The translations under genes were made by a program, and so were the position numbers. From Narcine bancroftii (taxonomy: Eukaryota), in the NCBI RefSeq assembly GCF_036971445.1, contig NC_091481.1, positions 69,130,001 through 69,194,000 on the forward strand: a DNA stretch of 64,000 bases, given 5' to 3'. Of this stretch, positions 1-12,898 are shown one piece after another. Positions within the stretch are counted from its first letter, which is position 1, and every line of letters begins with the position of its first letter. Under the pieces are notes generated by a model, which saw nothing but the letters and a program-made list of their open reading frames with translations, did not search any database and was not told the origin of the DNA.

Positions 1-1646
1 GTTACCTCCAATTTGCAAGTAGTCTCAATCTTGCAGTGCATGAGACCATGAACAGTCACGTTGGCAAGGGAATGGGAGATTTCATTTCTCAATTCCACTG
101 CTGCAGGCAGAGCCAAGGTGCTCAACGAAGTGATCTCCCAGTCTGCATCTAGTCCCTCCGACCCAGAGGAGACCACAACAGGAGCACTGGACACAGCAGA
201 TGATCCCTGCAGATTCACAAGTGAAGTGCTGCCTTAGTGAGAGTGGGATGGAGAAATAAAGTGACAGGTGAGTTAAACAAGAGAGTCTGCAGATGCTGAA
301 GTCAAGTCCAATACCCCTGATGAATGATCAAGGGCCAAAACGTTGGTTACCCTTTACTTCCGATAGATGCTGCGTGACCTGCTGAGATTCTCCAGCACCT
401 TAGTGTATTGCAGGCAACTGCAAGCTCAGAGTCATCCCTGCAAAGGTGTTCCTCATACCTGTTCACTCAATTTGGAATTAGTTTCTCCAGTGTATTGTGA
501 GCACTAAATGCAACACAAAACTAAAATCATACAATTGAAGTGCAGCTTCATCTTAAAATACTGTTCACATCACAGTTTGTTGTTCATCAGATGTGTTTTT
601 CTGGTCCAAGCTGAATGAATTTTTATAACAATATTACTATTTAAAAGCATCCTGTGCCATGTGGTTAGAGGTATAATTTAAGTGGGAGACAGGGGAGGTC
701 CAATAATTTGGTTTTTTTTTCAGTATGTGAAAAGGAGATGAGGGCAAAGATCCCATGTTCAAGGGTACGATTTTTAAAAATTCTTTTGTTTCTGGCACTT
801 CTGACGCCCTTTACTTTGGAGATGTAGTGTAGGCATGTCTTGCAAGAGCCATTCTATCTAGTCAGGAATCATCAGACATATCAGTTATAATTTAGAATTA
901 AAATCAAAAATGCAAATGCTGAAAATCTGAGATAAAAACAGAAAATGCAAGAAACATTTAGCACATCAGGGCACCTTCAGTAGAAAAAGAAAATGTTATA
1001 GATCCAAGTGTCTTTGTCAGGTCCAAGAAAGAAAGAGAAGCTACCTTTCAGAAGAGATGAGAATATCTGACAGGTTGAGTCCACATGGGTTAATGCAAGT
1101 ATTTAAAACAGCAGTTAGAGGAACAAAAAGGTCTACAGACACTGTGATTGTCGCAAATACACAAAATTGCTGGAGGAACACAGCAGGTCCCACAGCATCC
1201 ATAGGAGGCAAATATATATAAACCAATGATTAGAGTTAGACTTTTGTTTCTGCAGTATGGTGTTAATTAGCAAGGTTGTGGAATATGCCCACAAACTAGA
1301 CTCTAGGAATAGAATAAGAAAAGCTGAATCACAATATTGACAGGAAGGATTGGATAGTTCTAATACTGACAGAAAATGATCAAAACTATCTGCTGGAGAA
1401 ACTCACCAGTCGAATAGCACCAGAGGGAGAAAGAGAATTCCTCCAACATCTGCAGTCTCATAATCTCCAGACAGAAAAGAACCGTTTCAGGCTGATGAGT
1501 TTTCTTTCAGTTCTGTTTTGATGCAAGCAGATCAGGGTGAAACATTTATGGACTTATTCCTGTTTGTGTGTGTGTGTGTGTATTTTAAATGAAACAATTC
1601 CTTTCTTCATTCATGAACTGAGTTCCTTCTTGTGTTTTTCTTACAG

Positions 1647-1793
1647 AATGCAGCTGACATAAAGAAATTGAAAAGTGTTGGGATCTGTACGGTGAAAGGG
1701 ATTCAGATGACCACGCGAAGGGCGCTCTGCAACATTAAGGGTCTTTCTGAGGCTAAGGTTGATAAAATCAAGGACGCAGCCAACAAACTCATA
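1647..1793 (+). CDS. DMC1: DMC1 meiotic recombinase coding exon ([18 protein letters not shown]...AANKLI); upstream coding exons are outside the window
   Basis: ttacag| acceptor, |gtaaga donor, 147 nt; peptide matches the vertebrate DMC1 N-terminal HhH domain. Confidence 0.97.
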
Positions 1794-2984
1794 GTAAGAA
1801 TATATTTACTGATATAAATGTCATAGAAGAGACTGAAAATGAGTTGAATTGATGTTTATACCAGTGCTTTATACTCCATCTGAGCTTCCTGTCATCCAAT
1901 TCTTTTGGCACACCCTATTTCTTTCTCCCTCATCCTCTTAAATGAATCTAAATATTTTACCTTTACGTTCTAACTTCTTAATTGAACTTATTAATGATTC
2001 TCTTACGATCTTTCTTGCAAATGTTCTCTATATTTTCATTACTCCAAAGTGTGATACAACCTTAACATAATTTCTTTGTCTTTTATTTCTTATTAACTTT
2101 GACACTTTTTTGGTAATTTGTGTATCTGGTATGGGTGTTCCTGTACTCTGTTTGGATTCAGTGTTAGTCTTTGTACAAAATTACTTCTAGTTAGCAAATT
2201 GATACTGAACTGTCAGGCTATTTTCACGGTCTTTCAACTCTGACATCACCCTGACTAGGAAACACATTGCTCTTTCTTTGTCATCACCGTGGCAAAATCC
2301 TGAAACTCTACCACTTTGTGGGAAATGACTTCACTGTTAAGGCTGTGAAAGGGCATTAAATATTATCTCATAGTATTATCAATGGTTGCAGTTTACTACA
2401 GATCTCCTTGAATCTAGCAAGCGAGCATTTGATCACACCATAAGGGGCCCTCAGAGATTAAAATCTACTATGTCAAACAGCTGTTTAATCAAACCCTTGC
2501 TGGCCTGAAAATCCACTGATTAAAGCACTGACTAAAGCTTCTGTGCCATCCTAAAACCTTTCATGTTAAATGACTCATTTCTTTAATTTACCTTTTGAAG
2601 TGGTGAGTTAAAACACAATCCTGGAGAAACCAACAGATCAAACAGTGTACTTTATGTAACAAAGATAAAGATAAATAACCAATGTTTTGGACTTGAGCCC
2701 TACAAGGTATCTATCTTTGGCGATATTTGTGCTGAGTTTCTCCAGCATTGTGTTTTTACTTCACTCACGGGGGCTGCGGATTCTCGTGCTTTACTTCATT
2801 AAAGGGGTTAGATTCAGCAATGTGCTCCTTCACTTGCCATTCGACTGCCCAGCCCTGATGCAGGCATCAGTCATCTTACTCTCTGAGGAAATGCTGATCA
2901 AAGTAAACACTGACCAAAAGGAGAGAAGAGAAGGTCATTAAAAGGAAGCAGCTAATTCTGCAGCTTGCATACTTGTGCATCAAT

Positions 2985-5900
2985 GTTCTTTTTTTACTTT
3001 TTCACACTGTGAACCATATCAATCAAAATGCAAGCAAACATTTCTCTCTTCAATATACACAGTGGCATTTTCTCCCCCCTCCCTCCAAACCCACTGAACG
3101 TTCAACATATACGATACAATAAACCCATTAAACAATGTCGTCGCACAATGGAAATAAACAAGAAAAACGTGTCATCTACTTTTACACACTGGGTCAGTTC
3201 ACTTCGTCTTCTTATCATTTTAGGGGGTGGAGGTCCGAGGCAAGCCCTCTCTGTTACGTTCCATGTACGGTTCCCAAATTTGTTCAACTAATGTGACTTC
3301 ATTTTTTTAATTATATGTTATTTTTTCCAATGGAATACATTTATTAATTTCCATGTACCATTGTTTGTATTCTCAGGCTCTCTTCTGATTTCCAAGTTGA
3401 CATTATACATTTTTTTGCTACAGCTAAGGCTATCATAATAAATCTTTTTTGCGCTTCATCCAGTTTGAGGCCTAATTCTTTACTTCTTATATTACTTAGA
3501 AGAAAGATCTCTGGATTTTTTGGTATGTTGCTTTTTGTGATTTTATTTAATACCTGATTTAGATCTTCCCAAAACTTTTTCACTTTCTCACATGCCCAAA
3601 TTGCATGTACTGTTGTTCCCGTTTCCTTCTTACAGCGAAAACATCTGTCTGATAATGTTGGATCCCATTTTTTTTTAACTTTTGGAGTGTGATATATAAC
3701 ATGTGTAACCAATTATACTGTATCATACGAAACCTTGTGTTTATCATATTCTTCATAGTTTCAGAGCATAACTTTTCCCATGTTTCATTTTTTATCTTTA
3801 TGTTTAAATCCTTTTCCCACTTTTGTTTGGGTTTATAGCTTATTTCATCATTTTCCTTCTCTTCCAGCTTGATGTACATATTCGTTATAAATCTTTTTAT
3901 TATCATTGTTTCTGTAATCACATATTCAAAGCTGCTTCCTTCTGGTAATCTCAATCTGTTTTCCATTTTATCCTTTAAGTAGACTTTCAGTTGATGGTAT
4001 GCAAACAGTGTACCATGAGTTATTCCATATTTGTACTTCATTTGTTGAAATTTTAATAAATTATTTCCCAAAAAACAATTTTCTATTCTTTTAATTCCTT
4101 TTTACTCCCATTTTCTGAAGGAAAGGTTATCTAATGTAAAAGCGATTAGCTGATTTTGCGTCAATAATAATTAAGGTAGTTGGTAATTTGTTTTTTTTTC
4201 CTTTCTAACTGAATCTTCTTCCATATATTGAGTAAATGATGCAGTACTGGTGAGCTTTTATATTGCACCAGCTTTTCATTCCCATTTATAAAGTATATGT
4301 TCCGGTACCGTTTCCCCTATTTTATCTAGCTCTATCTTAGTCCAATCTGATTTTTCCCTGGTCTGATAAAAATCTGATAAATACCTTAATTGTGCTGCTC
4401 TATAATAATTTTTAAAGTTTGGTAACTGCAAACAACCTTGGTTGTACCTCTCTGTTAATTTATCTAACGCTATCTTCGGTTTCCCCCTTTCCATAAAAAT
4501 TTCCTTATTATTATGTGTGAAAAAGAAAAAGTGTATATCATGGCTAATGTGATTTATGGTGTGAAAAATTTAAAAATTTTAAAAAATTAAAAAAAATTTC
4601 CTTATTATTCTCTTTAGTTCATTAAAGAATTTCTCTGTTAAGGGAATTGGTAATGATTGAAATAAGTATTGTATCCTTAGGAAGACATTTATTTTAATGC
4701 AATTTACCCTCCCTATCAACATTAGTGGTAATTCTTTCCAATGTTCTAAGTCTTCCTGCAATTTCTTTATTAATGGCTGATAATTTAATTTGTACAGGTG
4801 GCTTAAATTATTATCTAATCTAACACCTTATCATCGGATTGCTTGTGTTTGCCATTTAAATGGTGATTCTTTTTTAAATTCTGTATAATCCGCATTACTC
4901 ATTGGCATCACTTCACTTTTATTTGCGTTGATCTTGTACCCTGATATTTCTCCATATTCCTTCAATTTCTTATGTAGTTCTTTTATTGATATTTCTGGTT
5001 CTGTTAAGTATACTATGATGTCATCTGCAAATAAACTGATTTTATACTCCTTCTCCTTTCTTTTTAACCCTTTTACTTTATTTTCTGTTCTTATCAGTTC
5101 TGCCAATGGTTCTATTGCTAAAGCAAACAGTGAGGGAGATAGTGGACATCCCTGGCTAGTTGACCTACTTAATTTAAATTGGTTCGTTACATATCCATTT
5201 ACTGTCACTTTCGCCAATGGTCCATTATATAATGCTTTAATCCAATTAATATATTTTTCTGGTAGATTTAACCTCTGTAATACTTTGAATAAATAAGTCC
5301 ATTCTACCCTGTCAAAGGCTTTTTCTGCATCTAAAGCAACAGCCACTGTTGGCATCTTATTTCCTTGAACTGCATGAATTAAATTAATAAATTTACAGAC
5401 ATTATCCACTGTTCGTCTTTTCTTAATAAATCCAGTTTGATCTTGTTTTACTATTTTTGGTACAAAGTTGGCCAATCTGTTTGCTAATAATTTTGCTATT
5501 ATCTTATAATCTGAATTAAATAGAGATATTGGTCTATATGATGCTGGTGTTAATGGATCCTTCCCCGTCTTTGGTATTACTGTAATTATAGCTGTCTAAC
5601 ATGAATCTGGCAAGTTTTGCGTTTCTTTTATCTGGTTCATTACTTCCAGGAGAGGAGGAATTAATAACTCTTTAAATGTTTTATAGAATTCTATTGGGAA
5701 TCCATCCTATCCAGGCGTTTTATTGTTTGGCAGCTTTTTTAATATATCCTATACTTCCTCTATTTCAAATGGTTTTATCAGCTTGTTTTGCTCCTCTTCT
5801 TGCAATTTCGGCAGTTCAATTTTAGCTAAAAACTCTTCTATTTTATCATCTTTCCCCTAATAATCAGTTTGGTATAATTGTTCATAAAATTCCTTAAAGT

Positions 5901-6375
5901 TCTCATTAATCTCCATTGGATTATATGTAATTTGTTTGTCCTTTTACCATGATGTCAATACCATTCTTTTAGCTTGTTCTGTTTTGAGTTGCCAGGCTAA
6001 TATTTTGTGTGTTTTTTCTCCTAGTTCATAATACTTATGCTTTATTTTCATTATGTTCTTCTCTACCTTATACATTTGTAATGTTTCGTATTTTGTTTTT
6101 GTCCGCCAATTCTCTTCTTTTTGTTATATCATCCCTTGTTGCTAGTTCTTTTTCTGTACTTACTATCTCCCTTTCCAACTGTTCTATTTCCTGACTGTAG
6201 TCCTTTTTCATCTTAGTTACATAACTTATTATCTGCCCTCTAATGAAGGCTTTCATTGCATCCCATAATATAAATTTGTCTTTCACTGATTCCGTATTTA
6301 TTTCAAAGTACATTTTAATTTGCCGTTCAATAAATTTTCTAAGTTCCTGCCTTTTAAGTAGCATGTTTGTTTTTT
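2985..6375 (-). mobile_element. 5'-truncated L1/Tx1-clade LINE (ORF2 RT and C-terminal Cys/His region, frameshifted)
   Basis: ORFs 4831-5475 (DAEKAFDRV, QGCPLSP, LFADD) and 3344-3712 (CFRC...HAIWAC). Confidence 0.92.
4513..4591 (+). mobile_element. About 80-bp LINE 3' tail inserted inside the larger LINE
   Basis: 18-bp TSD AAAAATTTCCTTATTATT at 4495-4512 and 4592-4609; the same tail occurs on the minus strand at about 53620-53760. Confidence 0.8.
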
Positions 6376-6482
6376 TCCTGCTAACAACATGATCTTTTCT
6401 CATTATTACAGACGCAGACTGATATTTCTGAAAGTCTCAAGCGATTTCTTTGCAAACAAAGCTTGTTGTTTATGTGTTACAG

Positions 6483-6565
6483 GAGCCAGGGTTTCTCACT
6501 GCATTTGAGTATAGCGAGAAGAGGAAGACAGTGTTTCACATCACCACAGGCAGTCAAGAATTGGA
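6483..6565 (+). CDS. DMC1: DMC1 exon (EPGFLTAFEYSEKRKTVFHITTGSQELD)
   Basis: ttacag| ... |gtgaga; contains the FxxA oligomerisation motif (FLTA); phase fits neighbouring exons. Confidence 0.97.
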
Positions 6566-7742
6566 GTGAGAGTAATATTTATTTATGGAAACACTGAAAT
6601 GTAGAATTTCGGCCACAAGAATATTTGACACATTGTTACCTTTGGATTCATACAGAACAGAACCAGGCCCTTTGGCCTGCTGTGTCCATTCCTGACTATC
6701 CATGATCATCCTTCTTACCACCACTTGACCTAATTCAAGTGCTTGTGCAGATACAGTACAATTGCTGGTATCCAGCAGATGCTGGATGTGTGAATTTTCC
6801 TGCTGACAGACACATTTTTACAATACCTAACCAATACACCTGCTTTAAGAATAAACATTTTAAAAGACAAAAAGTAGTGCATAATATAAAGTAATTTGGG
6901 GAAAAAAAATCAGTATTGTAGCCCTTAATCATGTAAAGTTCACTTTAATCAGGAAATTCTTGTAACTTACAAAATTTAAATTAGATATTTACAGTCACTG
7001 TAACAGCTTTGCATTAACCGCTACACCATCATATTTACATTCCCCCCACCCCCACCCCTCACCCCCACATTTACAGATAAAACCCTATATACTTAATACT
7101 AATAAAGATAAAGACTCTTACTAGGCAGAGATAGTGAGACACTTTGGGAGAGTCGCCACAGAGGAGAGTGACATAGGCCGGCTCTTCATCCTGGGTGCCG
7201 CCAATTTATTCAAACACAACTTTATTCAACCAGCTGCTGCAGGCGGGGCATGACTGGGCACTCCGCTGGCTGAATGTTTCCTCCCATCCTCACCAAGAGG
7301 TTGGGTGTTGTTTTGGAGAATGTTTACAATTTTAAACTTTTATTTGCATTTTTTTGCCAGTGGTTTGGGGTTGTCGGATGCTTGAATTTCAGATAGCAGG
7401 GATTTTACTGTACTTGATGTGAGTGTGTCTGCCTCCACCACCCCTTCATCAGAGCATTTCAGATTCTATTCACCCTCACATCTCCTCTGAACCTCTTTAC
7501 TCTGTGCCTTCTTGTTACAGACATCTTTGGGGAGAATTTTCCTGCTTTCTACCCTTATACCTCAATTTTATGTATCAGGTTTCCCTTCTGCCTCTGCTCC
7601 AAGGTAAACTAATCCAACCGATCTACTAATAAATGAAAGATTTCATCCCAGGCAACATCCTGGAATCCTTTTGCACTCTGTCCAGTGCTTGCATGTTCTT
7701 CAGACCTGGCGACCAAAAGTATAGACAGTGCTCCCGGGGCAG

Positions 7743-8310
7743 CCACTTCTCCATTGGGAAGACTGGACGTGATTGGGGATCACTTTGCTCTGTCCACTGA
7801 AACAGTAAGGAACTCCCAGTGGCCAGCCACCATTTCCATGCACCACTACATATACTGCTGGGTTGAGGCCACACATAAATTAGAGAAACAACACCTTGTA
7901 TACCATCTTGGCAGTCTCAAACCAGACAGAGTTATTATCAACCTCCAATGTTTGGTAACCCCACCACCCCCATTTCCCTCATCCCTCTGGGTCCTTTCCT
8001 TCTGTTTCCCCCCATATTGCTTTCTCCAGCTCACCATCCCATTCCCTTCCTGCTATCAGAGCATCTTTCTCAGTTCTCTGCTCCCCTCTATCACTTCTCC
8101 ACTGCTTTCTTTTCTTACCCCTTCCACCTGCATCTTCCTCTGACCTGCAAGCCTGTGCTCCTCCCCATCCCCCTTTGCACATTTTTATTCCAGTTTCTGT
8201 CCAATTGCTGGCATTCCTGATGAAGGTCCCAGGCTTGAAATGTCAACTGCCTTCTCCTTTCTATGGATGCTACTTGACCTGCTGAGTTCCTCTAGCACTT
8301 TTGTGCATTG
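7743..8310 (+). mobile_element. Penelope-like element 3' fragment (GIY-YIG C-terminus plus terminal repeat); related fragments near 1-410, 9490-9710, 21510-21750, 44130-44510, 51650-52100 and 61545-61680
   Basis: Peptide EATHKLEKQHLVYHLGSLKPDRVIIN; recurring CTGATGA...GAAA(C/T)GT...GACCTGCTGAGTT tail. Confidence 0.7.
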
Positions 8311-8982
8311 TACTGTTCTACTTGCACTGCCATCTTTAGGAATCTTTGGACATATACACTAAAGGAACTGTTGCTCAATGCTCATAAAGGGCTTACTATC
8401 TATTATTTCCTCATGTGGTTGCCTCCCTGGTTCCAAGATCAAGGTTGTCTCTGAATGGATGCAAAACATTTTGAAAGGAGAAGATGAGCAGACAGTGGTC
8501 ATTAGTCCATATTGACACTAGGGAAGGACAGGGATGAGATTCTGCAAAGAGAAATTAGGGATTTTAGGTGGGACCTTCTTAATTAGAACTACTGCATTAT
8601 TTTGGGATTACTTTCTGTGCCATGTGAAGATTTAACTTTTTTTAAATCTTCACCTTATCACGGAGAATGAGGGTGGCCAAGTGGTGGAAGTATGTGAAGG
8701 AACCCTTTGGATTTAGTAATTTTCAAGGTTCTCGTGGAAAAAGATAAGGTTGGTACTGGAGTTAAGGACAAATTTGAAGAGGGCTGATTTCTACAGTGTA
8801 AGGTAGGATCTGATTCAAGTAGATTAGAGGCACTGCTAGAGGGAAAAATAACCGGATAAGTGGGGGCTTTTTAAGGTAAGATGTAAGAGTTTCGAGTCAG
8901 CATGACTGTGAAGATGGTACGATTATGTGACTTTGGTTTAAAAAAAGAGGAAATTGAAGATTTGATCAGAAAAGGGGAGGCA

Positions 8983-9442
8983 GAGTAGCCCGGCCGGTCC
9001 GGCGTTATCGCAGTGTGCGAGCGGGCGGTCGCTGGGCAGCTGACAGGAAACGGCAATGGACGACGGCCATTGAGCTCTCGGTGAGGGCGCAAAACCTCAA
9101 GGATGGAGATAGAGAAAAGAACTAATGGCTACGAATACGAAGAGAAAAATGGTTTAGCGCCCCTGATATTTTTTGATGACCACCCACTAGAAAATGACCA
9201 GTCTAATACCAGTACAGATGTGCAGCATTTGGAGTCCTCTTCAATGCTTCAGATGAACTCACTAAACAGTGAGTAATGGTCCAGCAAAATATTGAAGTTA
9301 CAGTGATGTAGCATTTTTACTCTTAAATATTTTGTGGAGATTTGTTTTTACTCTGTGACCTTTACATTATAAGATATTTGCAGAAATCCTTAAATACTGT
9401 AAATATGGTGGACTAAAATTTATTTTAAAAATTTTTAAAAAA
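8983..9442 (+). pseudogene. Processed retrocopy of an unidentified short mRNA; intact 57-aa ORF at 9103-9276
   Basis: 15-bp TSD AGAAAAGGGGAGGCA (8968-8982, 9443-9457); CpG-rich 5' UTR, ORF, AT-rich 3' UTR, decayed A-tail. Confidence 0.75.
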
Positions 9443-10324
9443 AGAAAAGGGGAGGCACACATCAGGTATAGGCTTTTGAAGTCAATATTAATACCATCTG
9501 GTTGGAGAGTACCCAGGCGAAATATTAAGTGTTGTTCCTTCAATTGTGAGAAGCCTCAGTTTGGCAGTGCATGAGGTCATAGACAGACATGACAGTGTGG
9601 GAATGGTGTGGAATTGAAATGACCACTGGGAGGTCCTTGGTATTGCAGCAGACAGAAACTATCTCCCAGTCTAGTTCCAGTCTCCCCAATGTAGAGGAGG
9701 CCACATATGGGTTTCTCCTAGGTGTTCCAGTTTCCTCCCATATCCAAAAGACATGCAAGTGGCTACAATAACATGCCCATAGTGGTGTGGGTAAGTTGTA
9801 GAATCTGGAATAGTTGGAAAGTACAAAATGTGATTTGTGTAGAATTAACACTAATGGGTGTTTGACAGCCAATGCAGATGTGGTGGACCAAAGGGTCTGT
9901 TTCTGTGCTGTATGATTAGATATGACACCAACTCAGCAAGGAGCAGACTTATTAATGGGCATACAAATTGGACATCTGTGGACTATGCAAAAGGGAGCAG
10001 CCTCCTTACAGCCAAATTAAGATGTGTGTGGGGGGGGGGCTAGTGTGCGGCATTGCATTGTGGGTCTTTAAAACTCCATTCCAAATTGTTTATCAGAGAG
10101 TGTACTTATGATGCCCTAAAGCAATGTTTCTCAATCTTTTTTTGTTCTGTTTTCTCATTTTACTTTGAACCACCTGTAACAAACCCAAGTATCACTAGTA
10201 GGGTGGAAGGCATGAGCTGGAGAGCTCAATCCCCCTCAGAGACAACCAATAGCATTTCTGGAGGGAAATTCTTTTGAAAGTTTACAGTTTATTTGTTGTC
10301 TTGCTTTACTTCCTACTTGTTATG

Positions 10325-11190
10325 ACAATAGACAATAGACAATAGGAGCTGGAGTAGGCCATTTGGCCCGTCGGGCCAGCACCGCCATTTTAGATCATGG
10401 CTGATCATTACCATCAGTACCCCTTTCCAGCCTTATCCCCATAACCCTTAACTCCGTTACCCACAAGTCTTATCTAACTCTCTTTTGAACATAGTCAGCG
10501 AATCCGCCTCTACCACCCTCTGTGGCAGAGCATTCCACAGATTCACACTTCTCTGGGTAAAAAAATGCTTTCTCATCTCCGTCCTAAAGGGCCTACCCTG
10601 TATTCTTAAACTATGCCCTCTAGTCCTCGTCTCCCCCATCATTGGGAACAAGTAATCAGACTTCACATTGTCTATCCCCCTGATGATTTTGTATACCTCA
10701 ATCATGTCCCCCCTCATCCTTCTAAACTCCAATGGATACAAGTCCAGTTTTTCTAGCCTTGCTGCATATGACAACCCTGCCATCCCTGGAACTAACCTTG
10801 TAAATCTGCGCTGCACACCCTCTATAGCTAGTATTTCCTTCCTCAAGTTTGGAGACCAGAACTGGACGCAATACTCCAGGTGGGGTCTCACCAGGGCCCT
10901 GTATAACTGAAGGGCGTCTCTGTTCCTAAACTCCAATCCCCTCTTTATGAAAGCCAACATTCCATTTGCCTTCTTCACAGCTTTCTGAACCTGCATGCTA
11001 GCCTTCAGTGACTGGTGAACAAGTACACCCAGATCCATTTGCACTTCCCCACTCCCTAGCTTGTCTCCATTTAAATAATACTCAGCTTTCCTATTACTTC
11101 CCCCAAAATGAATAACCTCACATTTGTTCACATTGAAATTCATCTTCCATTTAGCCGCCCACTCCTCCAGCCTGTCCAAGTCCCTCTGCA
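10325..11190 (-). mobile_element. Relatively young CR1-clade LINE 3' fragment
   Basis: 253-aa ORF (RPHLEYCVQFWSP...TRGHSLRI...FFTQR); (CTATTGT)n tail at the 3' end. Confidence 0.92.
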
Positions 11191-11571
11191 TTATGTAAAT
11201 AATATTTGTTTTCGCCACAAACTACCAACTCAGTGGACCAATGGTTGAGAAATACTTTTCTAAAGCACAATGAAGACAAATGTAGTTTATTTAATTTTAA
11301 CACTAAAAACATTGATATCTTTCTGACAAACACCCTTTACTTCTTGGTGGCCACTGTCAGGGACCCTGTACATCACTCGTACAACTGAAGATTTAGCTAT
11401 TGGTATTTCTTACATCCCCTCAAACCACTTCCATATCCTGCTTTCCCAAACTTGTGCCATGCTTCTTTATTCCTACAAGAACATCATGAATTAACAAAGC
11501 CTATCCAAGCTTTTAGTGAATGTAAATGTTACGTACATTCAATTATGCTTCATGCTGATAAAGCAATTCTT

Positions 11572-11795
11572 AGTTGCAGCACGGTTAACGTTAGCACCAG
11601 TGACCCGGGTTCAAATCCCACGCTGTCTGTAAGGTGTTTGTGTGTTCTCCCCGTGTCTGCGTGGATGTCCTCCAGGTGCTCTAGTTTCCTCCCTCCCTTC
11701 AAAATGTATTTATGGTTGAAGGTTAATTGGGGTAGTTGGGTGGCACGGGTTCATGGGCCAGAAGGGCCTGTTACAGTACTGTATGTCTAAATTTT
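11572..11795 (+). mobile_element. tRNA-derived V-SINE/HE1-like SINE (related copies near 21130-21310 and 22600-22790, minus strand)
   Basis: B-box GGTTCAAATCC; central TTCTCCCCGTGTCTGCGTGG...TTTCCTCCC domain; LINE-like tail. Confidence 0.7.
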
Positions 11796-12166
11796 AAAAA
11801 GCTAACAAAGCAATGGATTCACATAAGGCACAACTGGAAACTCGTGTTTTATTTACTCGTAGGTGGTGGACTGCTATAACTACTGGCTGTAAAGTATATT
11901 ATTTAACTGTTTGACCAGAACTATTATTTGTTTCCTTTCTACAATGAGTTTTTCTGAGTTTTTGTAAATTTCATGTTTTCATTTTGTATTTCCAGCAATT
12001 GCAGTTTCTTGGCTTTCACTGAAAGCATAAATGGGCATAAAATCTTAACGAACATCGAAAATATTTTAGATTTCATTTAACAGTTCAGAAAATAATTTGT
12101 GATTTTGTTGCATAAAAGTGAAATTGAGCATGTCTTTGTAACCATCCTGATCTGTTGCATTCATCA

Positions 12167-12770
12167 GACCATAAGATATAGGAATAGAAAGGCCATTCAG
12201 CCCATCGAGTCTGCATTTTCCCTCTCACCCCACTACTCAGCCTTCTGTCCATAACCTTTGATGCCCTGGCTAATCAAGAATCTATCAATGCCTTAAATAC
12301 ACCCAATGACCTGGCCTCCACAACCACCTATGGTAACAAATTTCACAGATTTATCCTCCTCTCTGGCTAAAGAAATATCTCCATATCTTTTTCTAAGCGG
12401 ACGGCTTTCAATCCTAAAGTTGTGCCCCCTTGTCCTTGACTCTCCCACCATGGGAAACACCCTTTCTACATCAACTTTGACCACACTTTTCAATATTTGA
12501 AATGTTTCAAAAAATCCCCCCCAAATTCTTCTAAATTCTAATGAGTACCGGCCAAGAGTCATCAAAAACCCTTTCATTCCCAGAATAATTCTTGTGAAAC
12601 TTCTCTGAACCCTCTCCAACGTCAGCACGTCCTTTTGTAAATGAGGAGCCTAAAACTGCACGTACTACTCCAAGTGAGGTCTCACCAGGTCCTTTTGTGC
12701 TTCAACATCACATCCCTGCTCTTATATTCTAGCCCTCTTGGAATGAATGCTGGCACTGCATTTGCCTTTT
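12167..12770 (-). mobile_element. CR1-clade LINE 3' fragment
   Basis: ORF 12293-12628 is similar to the CR1 C-terminus at 10457-11218. Confidence 0.85.
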
Positions 12771-12845
12771 GTTAACATCGCTGATGTTACATTTGTTGCA
12801 TGAACATGAATGAGATTCCGAGTGACATTTGTTGTTCCTTTGCAG

Positions 12846-12898
12846 TAAATTGCTGGGTGGAGGAATTGAAAGCATGGCAATTACAGAGGCATTTGGTG
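12846..12898 (+). CDS. DMC1: DMC1 exon (KLLGGGIESMAITEAFG)
   Basis: tgcag| ... |gtgagt, 53 nt, DMC1-type ESMAITEAFG. Confidence 0.97.
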
